Part shown: positions 1 to 10,087 of the stretch, in pieces | Position numbering within the stretch: position 1 is the stretch's first letter | Layout: each line of letters begins with the position of its first letter | NCBI GenBank assembly: GCA_904420445.1 | Contig: CAJFVJ010000001.1 | Span: forward strand, 193,266-257,265 | DNA: 64,000 nt | Reading direction: 5' to 3' | Origin: Candidatus Adamsella avium | GTDB lineage: Bacteria > Cyanobacteriota > Vampirovibrionia > Gastranaerophilales > CAJFVJ01 | Translations under genes and position numbers: made by a program | The notes under the pieces: model-generated | What the model saw: only the letters and a program-made list of their open reading frames with translations | The model's database searches: none | Told to the model about the DNA's origin: nothing

Positions 1-1
1 A

Positions 2-820
2 TCAAAAATCACTCTTGAAACAAATGATATGATGTTTGTCATTATCAAGTTTGCAAACAGCGATTTTCATTGTGCAATCAAAGAATTTTCAAATCAGTCG
101 AATTACAACAAAATCAAGAACGAATTGCTTGATAAGTACATGAACGCCTCGTTGACAGATATAATGAGAGCAATCGATATCAACTTCGGTCTTGAGTACT
201 TCTCGGTAAGAAACCTCTTCCAGGACGAAAGAAAAGATATCCTCAAAATACAGCTCAAAAATAAAATCAACAGATCTTCTCAAACATTTAAATCATTATA
301 TGACGAAAGTAAAACAGGTATCCTCCAGCTCGGGAAACTCGGAGTGCACATCCCTGAATATGACATAATGGCAAGGTACTCTCTGAGCAAAGACTTCAAC
401 GCCTTATTCAACGAAACGGCAGATATCTTTGATGAAGAACTCATTCATCAGGCCGTTGATATTAACAATGAAGCAAAAACCCTGAACATCCAGCTCAGCA
501 CAAAGTCCGTAAACAAGCTATTCATTGCAGAGCTGTACAAAAATCTGAACAAACTTTCAAAGAATATGGAAATATCCCATGCAGAAGTTATAATAAATCT
601 GCTTGATACAGCTTCTAAAATCGGTCTGAAACTGAATCTTGCCGAAGCTCAGAATATCTACTTCAACAATATATACATCTACCTTGATGATATATTCGAG
701 CTAATAAGAATTAAAAATCAAGACAGTATCCATAAAAAACTCGTTAAAAGCCTTATCATAATAGGACAAAAACTGAACATAAATATGGAATACTTTGAAG
801 AAAAAGCCTCACAGCTATAA
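2..820 (+). CDS. C-terminal part of a larger protein whose 5' end lies outside the window; function unassigned
   Basis: Frame of the 29..820 ORF stays open back to base 2, so the gene is cut by the window edge. K/N/L/I-rich helical sequence with no motif I can name confidently (faint, unverified resemblance to C-terminal domains of GH57-type enzymes). Confidence 0.5.
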   Translation, partial: SKITLETNDMMFVIIKFANSDFHCAIKEFSNQSNYNKIKNELLDKYMNASLTDIMRAIDINFGLEYFSVRNLFQDERKDILKIQLKNKINRSSQTFKSLYDESKTGILQLGKLGVHIPEYDIMARYSLSKDFNALFNETADIFDEELIHQAVDINNEAKTLNIQLSTKSVNKLFIAELYKNLNKLSKNMEISHAEVIINLLDTASKIGLKLNLAEAQNIYFNNIYIYLDDIFELIRIKNQDSIHKKLVKSLIIIGQKLNINMEYFEEKASQL

Positions 821-825
821 AGAAA

Positions 826-2304
826 CTAAGCCTTGATTTTCTTGAGTGCGGCAACGGCTTCCTCCCTGTCATCGAAGTGGATTGTTTCATCTTTGAGAAT
901 TTGATAGTTTTCATGCCCTTTTCCGGCAAGAACGACTATATCATCCTCTGATGCCATCTTGATAGCAAGTTCAATGGCGCTTCTTCTGTCAATTTCAACA
1001 AAAATTCTATCCTGGTCAAGTGACTGAATACCGCTCAAAACATCCGTAATAATCTGCTGAGGGTCCTCTGAACGAGGGTTATCTGATGTAATAATCACCT
1101 TATCAGCCATCTTCTCAGCAATATGTGCCATAATCGGACGTTTTGTCGCATCCCTGTCACCGCCGCAGCCAAACAAACATATCAGCTTTGATTTCTCTCC
1201 CCGCAGCTGGCCTGCAGCTTTAAGAACATTTTCAAGCCCGTCAGGAGTATGGGCATAGTCAACAATAACCAACGGCTTTGAGGATACGACCTCAAATCTG
1301 CCCGCTACGCTTTTTGTACTCTCAAGCGCTTTTTTGCAGGTTTCAAAATCAATTCCCGCAAGAAGTCCGGCGCTCAATGCCGCAAGAGCATTATAAACAC
1401 TAAATTCACCGACAAGCTGAAGTTGCAGAACCCCTGAACCCGAAGGAGTAACACAATTAAACCGTACTCCTTCTACAGAATACGCTATATCAGAAGCCAT
1501 AACATCAGCCTCCTGTTTTATGCCGTAGGTATAAATCTCGACATCATCAGGAACAGCCTTCAACATCTCATAAGCATACTCATCATCGGCATTAACTACG
1601 GCAAAGCGGTTTTCTTTATTATTTTTCAACGACTTGAACAACTTTGCCTTTGCTCTGGCATAATTTGCCATTGTAATATGATAATCAAGATGGTCCTGCG
1701 TAAGGTTTGTGAAGACAGCACCGTTGAAAACACACCCTCCGACTCTATGCTGTTCAAGAGAATGAGAGCTTACTTCCATAACAACATTTTTTATTCCGTC
1801 ATCTAACATACTTTTCAGCGTTCTCTGCAGCTCGGGAGCCTGAGGGGTCGTGTGTTTTGCATCATGATAAGTGTCATTCACCGACTTTCTCAATCCCATT
1901 GTCCCTATCAACCCGCATCTTTGACCCGATTTTTCAAATATATTCTCAATCAGGTGAGTAACCGTTGTTTTTCCGTTGGTACCGGTTACCCCTATCAGGT
2001 TGAGTTTCTGCGACGGATAATCATTCAGAGCATTTGCCACCTGCGCAAGCGCAAGTTTTGTATCATCAACAATAATCACAGGAACATCAACATCAATTTC
2101 TTTCTGAGCAACAACCGCAACAGCACCGTTGTCAACAGCCATCTTTGCATAATCATGACCATCAGTGTGCTCGCCCGTTAAACAAACAAACACATCTCCC
2201 ACCTTAGCGGTCTTTGAGTTGTAAGAAACATCTTTTATGTCGCAATCTTTTGAGTTAATTATCATCTTTGTGTTTAATACACTAGCTATTTCTTTCAGAT
2301 TCAA
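826..2304 (-). CDS. murE: UDP-N-acetylmuramoyl-L-alanyl-D-glutamate--2,6-diaminopimelate ligase (MurE)
   Basis: 492 aa; Mur ligase P-loop GVTGTNGKTT, C-terminal DNPRSEDP motif; lies downstream of ftsI in dcw order. Confidence 0.9.
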   Translation of the reverse strand: MNLKEIASVLNTKMIINSKDCDIKDVSYNSKTAKVGDVFVCLTGEHTDGHDYAKMAVDNGAVAVVAQKEIDVDVPVIIVDDTKLALAQVANALNDYPSQKLNLIGVTGTNGKTTVTHLIENIFEKSGQRCGLIGTMGLRKSVNDTYHDAKHTTPQAPELQRTLKSMLDDGIKNVVMEVSSHSLEQHRVGGCVFNGAVFTNLTQDHLDYHITMANYARAKAKLFKSLKNNKENRFAVVNADDEYAYEMLKAVPDDVEIYTYGIKQEADVMASDIAYSVEGVRFNCVTPSGSGVLQLQLVGEFSVYNALAALSAGLLAGIDFETCKKALESTKSVAGRFEVVSSKPLVIVDYAHTPDGLENVLKAAGQLRGEKSKLICLFGCGGDRDATKRPIMAHIAEKMADKVIITSDNPRSEDPQQIITDVLSGIQSLDQDRIFVEIDRRSAIELAIKMASEDDIVVLAGKGHENYQILKDETIHFDDREEAVAALKKIKA

Positions 2305-4048
2305 TTTTTTCAGGCTCCTTCTTATCGGGTTTTATATCCATAATACGGCTGATTTGCACAGCAATCTCATTAAATACAGGTCCTGCGATTGTAGACCCCC
2401 AGTCTACACCGCTTTTTGGATTGTCAACAAACACGACAACCAATATTTCAGGGTCACTTGCGGGGAAGAATCCCGCAAATGTCGTATAAACTTCATGTCT
2501 GTTATAGCCTATTCCGTTTGCATTCGGTCTGTTTGATGTTCCTGTTTTCCCTGCTACGGTGTAATTCGGAATTTTACCCGCAACAGCTTTTGATTTGGCT
2601 ATACTTTGTGTCAGCAAAGATGTTATCGCCTGCGCCGTCTGCGGAGACAACACCTGCGTTGATATTACATGTTTATCATATTCCTCCTGAGAAGAGTATT
2701 TTATAATATGAGGAGTAACTCTTACCCCGTTGTTGGCAATCGCACTTACGGCAGACGCAAGCTGTATAGGAGTGACATTAACACTGTATCCGAAACCTAT
2801 ATTTGCCTGATCAAGCTTCTGCCACCTTGTCCAGTGAGGCAGCAGCCCCGGAGATTCCCCCGGCAAATCGACATTTGTCTTTGAACCTATGCCGAATTTT
2901 TTCAGCATATTATAAAACTCCTCAGGCTTCATCATAAGCGCAATATTTACACTGCCGACGTTACTGCTGTGTTCAAACAAATATTCAAGATTTATCATCC
3001 CCGGATTCGGGTGTCTGTTATAGTCATAGTTTTTGATTGTGCTGCCCTGAATGGTAATCTTACCTGTATCCGATATAAGGCTGTTCGGGTGAATATACCC
3101 GAGCTCCATAGCAGAAGATACCGTCAGCATTTTGAATACAGACCCTGGGGAATATACATCACTCAAAGCCCAGTTCTTTATTAACTGAGGCGGAAGCTTT
3201 TTGTAACTCGGGGGATTATATGAAGGTAAGACAACAAAAGCAAGGATTTCTCCGTTTTTCGGATTCATAACAACAACAGAACCCTTGTCCGCTTTTGTTT
3301 CCTTAATCATTTTATTCAGCTCGACTTCTGCAATGTGTTGAACGGCAGAGTCGATTGTCAGTGTAATATCCTCACCTTTCAAGGGTTTTGATGCTATAGC
3401 AGGGTTTGTGTTGAAGTCATAAATAACATTTCCGTCAGGAGTCGTTTCTATATATTCATACTCAGGCAGCTTTTTCAAATCATCCTGCGCTGTTTTTTCT
3501 ATACCGGCTGAGATGTCAGCTTCCACATTTACATAACCCAAAATATGTGCGGCAAGTGTTCCCTGAGGATAAACTCTTGCGCTCTTCTTTCTTATATCAA
3601 GACTCTTCAGCTTCAATTTACGAAGCTGTTCAACTGTTTCCTTCTCTACATTCTTCGCAATAATCACCGTATATTTTGAATCAGCAAGTTCTTTCTCCAA
3701 ATCGGATGCTGATTTACCCAGAATAGGCGCCAGCATTGACGCAATAGAATGAGGAGTTTGATCTTCTTCAAAACAGCGGGGGTCGACATAGACATCAAAA
3801 ACCGTCTTGTTTGCCACAAGCTTGACACCGTTACGATCAAGAATTTCTCCCCTCATAACATACGAAACAGCTTTATCCTGCCTCATCCTGTGAGCTTTCT
3901 GGGTCAAATCCTTTTTCTCAACAACTTGCAGCCACAGCAATTTGGATATAATCATCAAAGCAAAAACAATGAACAAAAACCATATAATAATAACCGGTTT
4001 GTTACTTTTCCCATGATTTATATCAAACCAATTGCTCATTGCACCCAA
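2282..4048 (-). CDS. ftsI: Class B penicillin-binding protein / peptidoglycan transpeptidase (FtsI-like)
   Basis: 588 aa; N-terminal TM helix; transpeptidase motifs SVFK (SxxK), SSN (SxN), KTGTS (KTG). Its stop overlaps the murE start by 23 nt. Confidence 0.85.
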   Translation of the reverse strand: MGAMSNWFDINHGKSNKPVIIIWFLFIVFALMIISKLLWLQVVEKKDLTQKAHRMRQDKAVSYVMRGEILDRNGVKLVANKTVFDVYVDPRCFEEDQTPHSIASMLAPILGKSASDLEKELADSKYTVIIAKNVEKETVEQLRKLKLKSLDIRKKSARVYPQGTLAAHILGYVNVEADISAGIEKTAQDDLKKLPEYEYIETTPDGNVIYDFNTNPAIASKPLKGEDITLTIDSAVQHIAEVELNKMIKETKADKGSVVVMNPKNGEILAFVVLPSYNPPSYKKLPPQLIKNWALSDVYSPGSVFKMLTVSSAMELGYIHPNSLISDTGKITIQGSTIKNYDYNRHPNPGMINLEYLFEHSSNVGSVNIALMMKPEEFYNMLKKFGIGSKTNVDLPGESPGLLPHWTRWQKLDQANIGFGYSVNVTPIQLASAVSAIANNGVRVTPHIIKYSSQEEYDKHVISTQVLSPQTAQAITSLLTQSIAKSKAVAGKIPNYTVAGKTGTSNRPNANGIGYNRHEVYTTFAGFFPASDPEILVVVFVDNPKSGVDWGSTIAGPVFNEIAVQISRIMDIKPDKKEPEKIESERNS

Positions 4049-4079
4049 CCTGTATACAATTGTTATTTGTCAGTTAATA

Positions 4080-4517
4080 TTAATATCCTATCATAGAATT
4101 GATTTTCAATCCGGACGGAGCTGCTTCAACCAACACATCAGATTCTGAAGAGCCTTTTACTTCAAGCACCTGTTTTGGTTTTACCAGATAGTCATAATAT
4201 GTTATCTTGCTGTCTACATTATAAAAAGATTTCAAATAATCAACTTTGTTTTGAAGATCATTGTTTTCAATGTTCAATCTTCTTGTATCACTGTGGAGAG
4301 TATTGATATATTTCTGTTTTGAAACAACAAAAGAATAACAAACCATAGACGACAAAATCAAACCAATCAAAACAGCGCTCAACGTACTGTTCAATATAAA
4401 TATAAACCGGCTCTGTTTAGAATGATATACCGGAAAATTACCGTATACGAGCTTCTTTGAATACTGTCCCTCTATATGCGGTTCGTAATTGTACAAATAA
4501 TCAGTAGACGATAACAT
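4080..4517 (-). CDS. ftsL: FtsL-like cell division protein (single TM plus coiled coil)
   Basis: 145 aa; one TM helix (LSAVLIGLILSSMVCYSFVV) followed by a short leucine-zipper-like segment; sits between rsmH and ftsI. Confidence 0.5.
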   Translation of the reverse strand: MLSSTDYLYNYEPHIEGQYSKKLVYGNFPVYHSKQSRFIFILNSTLSAVLIGLILSSMVCYSFVVSKQKYINTLHSDTRRLNIENNDLQNKVDYLKSFYNVDSKITYYDYLVKPKQVLEVKGSSESDVLVEAAPSGLKINSMIGY

Positions 4518-4537
4518 TTACTACAACTCCACGTAAT

Positions 4538-5485
4538 CTAAACCCTTCCGGCTACTCTCAGCTTTGCGCTTCGTGAAGGCGGGTTTTGTTTAATCTCTCC
4601 CTCTGATGCGATTATTGGCTTTTTTGTGATTATGTCCAATTTTCTTGGAGGACATGAACATATTAAATCATATGGCCCACAATTGCAATCAGAAGAAAGA
4701 TATTTGAAAACTCTCTTTACAATTTTATCTTCTAACGAATGAAAGCTGACAACTGCTATTCTAGCACTTTTGTCAAGTAAAGAGATTACTCCGTTTAGAG
4801 TATTTTCAAGATTATTTAATTCATCATTCACTTCAATTCTGATTGCCTGAAAAACTCGAGTCGCCGGATGTATTTTATTTCTAGGGTTTCTGGGGACAGC
4901 CGAACAAATTAAATCAGCGAGTTCTTTTGTTGTTTCTATTTTTTTTTCTTGACGTTTCTTAACAATTCTTGAAGCTATCCTCCTTGAGTACCTCTCCTCT
5001 CCATACTCCTGAAAAATACGCACCAAATCAGCTTCATGATAAAAGTTCACAACATCATAAGCTGTTTTCTCTCCATCCATATCAAAACGCATATCAAGTC
5101 TTGACTCATGAGAAAAACTGAACCCTCTTTCCACTGATGTCAGCTGGTAATAAGAAGCCCCCAAATCAAAAACAATCCCTCCGGTAATTTTTTCTATCCC
5201 TCTTTCTTCAAGAATTCTCGGTATTTCAGAATAGTTAGCCTTGAAAATCGTTACGGACTCCCCAAATTCAGCAAGCCGTTCAGAGGCAACTTCTATCGCA
5301 TTTCTGTCAACATCAAATGCAAACAGCTTGCCATCAGGTTGTATTCTCTTTGCTATCTCATAAGAATACCCCCCGCCGCCGAGTGTAGCATCAATATAAA
5401 GCAAGCCGGGTTTGCAATCAAGAGCATCTACAGCTTCATGTAACATTACAGGATAATGCTTAAATTCTTCATTCATTTTTCTCAA
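4538..5485 (-). CDS. rsmH: 16S rRNA (cytosine1402-N4)-methyltransferase RsmH/MraW
   Basis: 315 aa; HYPVMLHEAV and DATLGGGGYS SAM-binding motifs; dcw context. Confidence 0.9.
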   Translation of the reverse strand: MRKMNEEFKHYPVMLHEAVDALDCKPGLLYIDATLGGGGYSYEIAKRIQPDGKLFAFDVDRNAIEVASERLAEFGESVTIFKANYSEIPRILEERGIEKITGGIVFDLGASYYQLTSVERGFSFSHESRLDMRFDMDGEKTAYDVVNFYHEADLVRIFQEYGEERYSRRIASRIVKKRQEKKIETTKELADLICSAVPRNPRNKIHPATRVFQAIRIEVNDELNNLENTLNGVISLLDKSARIAVVSFHSLEDKIVKRVFKYLSSDCNCGPYDLICSCPPRKLDIITKKPIIASEGEIKQNPPSRSAKLRVAGRV

Positions 5486-6131
5486 ACTCTATGCCGTTAT
5501 AAAAATTCTGTGCTTCATCAAAATTGAATGGCTGGTCAAAACCGAAAGATACCATCAAAATATTATGCCCGTCAGGTTCTTTCCCGACAGAAACTATTCC
5601 GTTCATTTCTTTATAGGGTCCTTCCTGCATCTTCGCCTTATATGAATAATAAGGCAGCTGCTGCTGCAGGAATTTCGCTGTTTTATTCCCGGAAATCTCA
5701 TAATCTGACAACTCTAATTTTTGGTAGTCAAAAAATATATTCAACAACTCAACAACGTCTTCTTTTTTGTATTTTGAAAACTCTTCTTCATTAACCTTCA
5801 CTATACCGTCAATATTCATATACACCATACTCTGGCAGCTGTCTTTCGAAGTTGCAAGAACTGATTTTGTGCTCCATGGCAAACCCTGATATTCAATCTT
5901 ATACTTATCTTTCGGTATTTGCGAAAAATCCGCTTTTGACTTTGTATCCTTGAATATAAACGGTGATATCTCTTTATTTTTCAATCTGACTTTAGCGATA
6001 AATTTCTGCAAATTCGGACTGTTTTGAACAATCCCTGAATCCTTAATAAAATCAATTCCCCCTACGGCAACAAAACCTATAAAAGCAAACACCAGTATGG
6101 TTAACTTTATCAAATCGCTTAAGCAGCCCAT
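5469..6131 (-). CDS. Hypothetical membrane-anchored protein occupying the usual mraZ position
   Basis: 220 aa; N-terminal TM helix (LTILVFAFIGFVAVGG) then a soluble domain with no recognisable motif; 17-nt overlap with the rsmH start. Confidence 0.6.
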   Translation of the reverse strand: MGCLSDLIKLTILVFAFIGFVAVGGIDFIKDSGIVQNSPNLQKFIAKVRLKNKEISPFIFKDTKSKADFSQIPKDKYKIEYQGLPWSTKSVLATSKDSCQSMVYMNIDGIVKVNEEEFSKYKKEDVVELLNIFFDYQKLELSDYEISGNKTAKFLQQQLPYYSYKAKMQEGPYKEMNGIVSVGKEPDGHNILMVSFGFDQPFNFDEAQNFYNGIEFEKNE

Positions 6132-6233
6132 TTATCTTACCCTTTGAATTTAAAAATATTTAATAAAATTATAAAATAAAATTAATTTAAATTATAATTA
6201 AAATAAAATAATTCAAAAAAGAAAGACATCCTG

Positions 6234-8813
6234 ATGAAAGATAGAGAAATTACAACACTCAAAAGCTCCGAAATTGATCTCAATATGGCAACTCCTATGT
6301 TGAAACAATTCCTCGATATAAAACTCAAATATCAGGATATGATTCTTCTTTATCGCATGGGCGACTTTTTTGAAACTTTTTTTGAAGACGCCGTTACTAT
6401 TGCAAAAGATTTGGAAATTACTCTCACAAGCAGAGAAGGCGGGGCTCTCGGGCGTATCCCCATGGCAGGCGTTCCGGCAAAAGCCGTCGACTCATATATC
6501 GCAAAACTTCTCCAGAAAAATCACAAAATAGCTGTCTGTGACCAGACTCAAGACCCCGCTGAAGCAAAAGGTCTCGTCGAAAGAAAAGTTACACGCCTGA
6601 TTACTGCAGGAACTCTCAGCGACCCGAATCTTATAGACAGCAACAAAAACAACTACCTCGCCGCTATTACAAAAGACAAAAACAAAGATCTCTACGGACT
6701 CGCTTATGTTGACATAACAACAGCAGAATTTCGTATCACACAAACAAATCTCTCTCAGCTTATATCAGAACTGAATTGCATAAAACCATCAGAAATTCTT
6801 GCACCGACAAAAAAACAAAAAATTCAGCCCTTTCAAATTGTTCCCGAAGAAACACCTGATTTGGACGACGAAATTTTGAGAAACTTCAACTGCACAAAAT
6901 GTTCACCGTCTTTGTTTGATGAAAAATTTGCACAAAAAATTATCAAAGAAACCTTCAATGTATCATCACTCGAATGCTTCGGGTACCCTGAGTTCACCCT
7001 CGGGTTGATTTCAGCAGGTGTAATCCTTGACTACATCAGAGAAACACAAAAACAAAACATCCCCAAATTTGATGTAATCTCACCCTATACAATCAGCGAA
7101 TTTGTATCAATAGACGCAAACACAAGAAAAAACCTCGAACTCACGGAAACCTCAAGAGATAAAAACAAAAAAGGCTCTCTGCTCTGGGCAATTAACAGAA
7201 CTTCGACAAACATGGGCGCCCGTCTGCTCTCAAAATGGATTCACCAGCCTTTGCAAAACCTTACCGAAATTAACAAACGTCAGGACGCTGTAGAAGAACT
7301 TTTGCAGGATTCACAATCAAGAATAAAACTTACATCTCTGCTCGATAAAGTCTATGATATCGAAAGACTATCCACCAAAATAAGCAATAACTCTGTCAAC
7401 GCAAGAGATTTTCTCGCACTGAAAGACTCTCTTGAAAATCTGCCGATGTTCAAAGAGCTGTTGAAAGACAAAAAATCCCCTTATTTATCGGTATTCAACC
7501 AGGATTATTCACAAATAAACACCCTCTGCGGCATAATAGACAAAACCATCGCAGATAACCCGCCTATATCAATCAAAGAAGGAAACCTGATAAAACCAGG
7601 CGTTCATGAGGAACTGGACTATCAAAGAAGCCTCCTCTCAGGCGGTAAAGAATGGATAGAAAACTTTGAAAAAAAAGAAAAAGAACGCACAAACATCAAA
7701 TCTCTAAAAATAGGCTACAGCAAAACCTTCGGATATTTCATCGAAGTAACACATGCAAACGCCGAGTTTGTTCCCTCTGACTACACAAGAAAACAAACTC
7801 TCGTTAACGCCGAAAGATACATTACCCCGGAACTCAAAAAATACGAAGAAGAAGTTCTGAGCGCACAATCAAAATCAGTTGAAATAGAATACAAGATTTT
7901 CTGCGACCTGAGAGAATATTCAAAAGAATACGTTACAGCACTGAGAGAAATTTCTCACAATCTTGCCTCGCTCGATGTCCTTCTGTCTTTTGCAATTGTC
8001 GCAAGCGAACATAAATACATAAGACCTTATGTTGACAACTCAAATGCTTTGATAGTCAAAGGCGGACGTCATCCCGTAATCGAACAGCTGCTGCCGATGG
8101 GCGAATATGTCGCAAATGACCTGTGCATATATTCCGGAGCAGAAGAAAACTCCGATATGACTCAGTTCATAATACTCACAGGACCTAATATGGCAGGTAA
8201 ATCAACTTATATGAGGCAAAATGCCCTCATTATCCTGCTTGCTCAAATGGGGAGCTTTGTTCCGGCTGAAGAAGCTCATATCGGGATTATTGACAAAATA
8301 TTTACCCGTGTCGGATCTGTAGACGACCTCTCAACGGGACAATCAACTTTTATGGTCGAGATGAACGAAACAGCCATGATTCTCAACTCTGCAACCGAAA
8401 AAAGTCTTATCCTGCTCGATGAAATAGGACGCGGCACAAGCACCTATGACGGTGTAGCTATTGCATGGAGCGTGGCTGAGTTTATTGCAACAAAAATCAA
8501 AGCAAGAACAATCTTTGCTACCCACTATCATGAGCTTAATATAATGTGCAATTCTTATCCTTATATAAAAAACTACCGGATGACAATAGAAGAAAAAAAC
8601 GGAGAAATAAAATTCCTGCGTAAGGTTGTCCCTGGAGGCACAAGCAGAAGCTACGGCATTCAGGTTGCAAAAATGGCAGGTCTGCCAGAAGATGTAATCT
8701 CAAACGCCATGCATTTGATGCAAAAAATGCAAAAAAATTATGTAACAAAACTCGGCATAACTCCTTCCAAACAAGACTCTGAAACTCCTCAGCTGTCGTT
8801 GTTCATCGAATAG
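6234..8813 (+). CDS. mutS: DNA mismatch repair protein MutS
   Basis: 859 aa; N-terminal mismatch-binding region (MLKQFLDIKLKYQD, GDFFETFFEDA), Walker A GPNMAGKSTYMRQ, DEIGRGTSTYDG. Confidence 0.95.
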   Translation: MKDREITTLKSSEIDLNMATPMLKQFLDIKLKYQDMILLYRMGDFFETFFEDAVTIAKDLEITLTSREGGALGRIPMAGVPAKAVDSYIAKLLQKNHKIAVCDQTQDPAEAKGLVERKVTRLITAGTLSDPNLIDSNKNNYLAAITKDKNKDLYGLAYVDITTAEFRITQTNLSQLISELNCIKPSEILAPTKKQKIQPFQIVPEETPDLDDEILRNFNCTKCSPSLFDEKFAQKIIKETFNVSSLECFGYPEFTLGLISAGVILDYIRETQKQNIPKFDVISPYTISEFVSIDANTRKNLELTETSRDKNKKGSLLWAINRTSTNMGARLLSKWIHQPLQNLTEINKRQDAVEELLQDSQSRIKLTSLLDKVYDIERLSTKISNNSVNARDFLALKDSLENLPMFKELLKDKKSPYLSVFNQDYSQINTLCGIIDKTIADNPPISIKEGNLIKPGVHEELDYQRSLLSGGKEWIENFEKKEKERTNIKSLKIGYSKTFGYFIEVTHANAEFVPSDYTRKQTLVNAERYITPELKKYEEEVLSAQSKSVEIEYKIFCDLREYSKEYVTALREISHNLASLDVLLSFAIVASEHKYIRPYVDNSNALIVKGGRHPVIEQLLPMGEYVANDLCIYSGAEENSDMTQFIILTGPNMAGKSTYMRQNALIILLAQMGSFVPAEEAHIGIIDKIFTRVGSVDDLSTGQSTFMVEMNETAMILNSATEKSLILLDEIGRGTSTYDGVAIAWSVAEFIATKIKARTIFATHYHELNIMCNSYPYIKNYRMTIEEKNGEIKFLRKVVPGGTSRSYGIQVAKMAGLPEDVISNAMHLMQKMQKNYVTKLGITPSKQDSETPQLSLFIE

Positions 8814-9932
8814 CTATAAACAATCAACATAAGCATAACCTGATGACATTATATCAGGCATTGAGCTGCCGTCCGTTGTTTTGACCACAAGAGAATATAT
8901 ATCATTTTTGTTTTCATATAAAAGATTATTTAACATCTCAACAGTATCTGTCTTCAAATTCATAAGAACAATTGCACAATCATAATCGCTGTCTTCTAAA
9001 AACACTATATTACTCGGCATAATCTTCGAAAATAACTTATCTACATAAAACTGATACAAACTGCTGTCAGCTTTGTTTACTTTTCTTAAAGATGATTTTT
9101 CAAGTATCCTCAAAATATATTTCTTCTCAAAACAAATTTTTTCTTCGACAAATTTCTTTGATTTGTTCATAAAAAACTTGAAATCATACAAGTTATCAGC
9201 AAGTTGAAAATTAACAACAGTTCCGTTTTTTATACATTCAAAGTATTTGACATCTTTCATCAAAAACTTGCAACGACTATATCCGGCCAATCCGCCTATT
9301 TTGTATAAACAAAGACTGTTATCGGAAATTTTTGATGTTATCCGGAAATCGATATCTCTTATCCTGCTTTTGATATTTATATTTTTATAATCAAAAAAAT
9401 TGCTTATAAGATAGTTATAAATATTATTCCTGTAAAAATTTTTCCTGACCTCGAGGTTAGTGCTATTCTCCAAATTTTTCAACTCAACGGCAACTACCTC
9501 CAAACGTGATTTTACAAATATATCAAATTCTTCTTTATAATCGGCAATTGTTTCATAAATCAGTACATGGCAAAAATATTCGTTCCAAAATTTTTCTGAA
9601 ACAACCGGTTTATGATTATTGTCTTTTGAGAACTCTTCATATTCATAATTACTATTGAAATCATCTACATCAAACCAATACCTCGACACATTCTCCAAAA
9701 ATTCATGCCCCAGAAGATGGTTCATATTCAGCCATCTAAGAGTATTTTCATAACCCTCATCACGGGCAAACTGCAAATATTCTCCCATTTTATTTATTTT
9801 TATAAGAACAAAATATAATTTTTTGTCATGTAAAATATAAATTCTTTTATCATAATTGAGAGGAGGTATTATAGAATCCTTCTCTTTGCTTAGTTTTATA
9901 GGTGATTTAATATTACATATTACGTTAAACAT
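8814..9932 (-). CDS. Hypothetical protein (orphan, no motif recognised)
   Basis: 372-aa uninterrupted ORF, visibly more AT-rich than its neighbours, N/K/Y/F/D-rich, no TM or signal peptide. Its stop codon abuts the mutS stop with zero spacer. Confidence 0.55.
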   Translation of the reverse strand: MFNVICNIKSPIKLSKEKDSIIPPLNYDKRIYILHDKKLYFVLIKINKMGEYLQFARDEGYENTLRWLNMNHLLGHEFLENVSRYWFDVDDFNSNYEYEEFSKDNNHKPVVSEKFWNEYFCHVLIYETIADYKEEFDIFVKSRLEVVAVELKNLENSTNLEVRKNFYRNNIYNYLISNFFDYKNINIKSRIRDIDFRITSKISDNSLCLYKIGGLAGYSRCKFLMKDVKYFECIKNGTVVNFQLADNLYDFKFFMNKSKKFVEEKICFEKKYILRILEKSSLRKVNKADSSLYQFYVDKLFSKIMPSNIVFLEDSDYDCAIVLMNLKTDTVEMLNNLLYENKNDIYSLVVKTTDGSSMPDIMSSGYAYVDCL

Positions 9933-10087
9933 ACTAAAAAATTATTCAACGAATATTTTTACCACTAATATTAAAACTCAAAAAATAAGTATTTTTATTA
10001 ATGTATATTCGGTTTTTATATTTTTTTACTTTAAATTTTATTTGTTATAGGATGTACTCAAAAGAAAGCTGAAAGGAATTAGAATAA

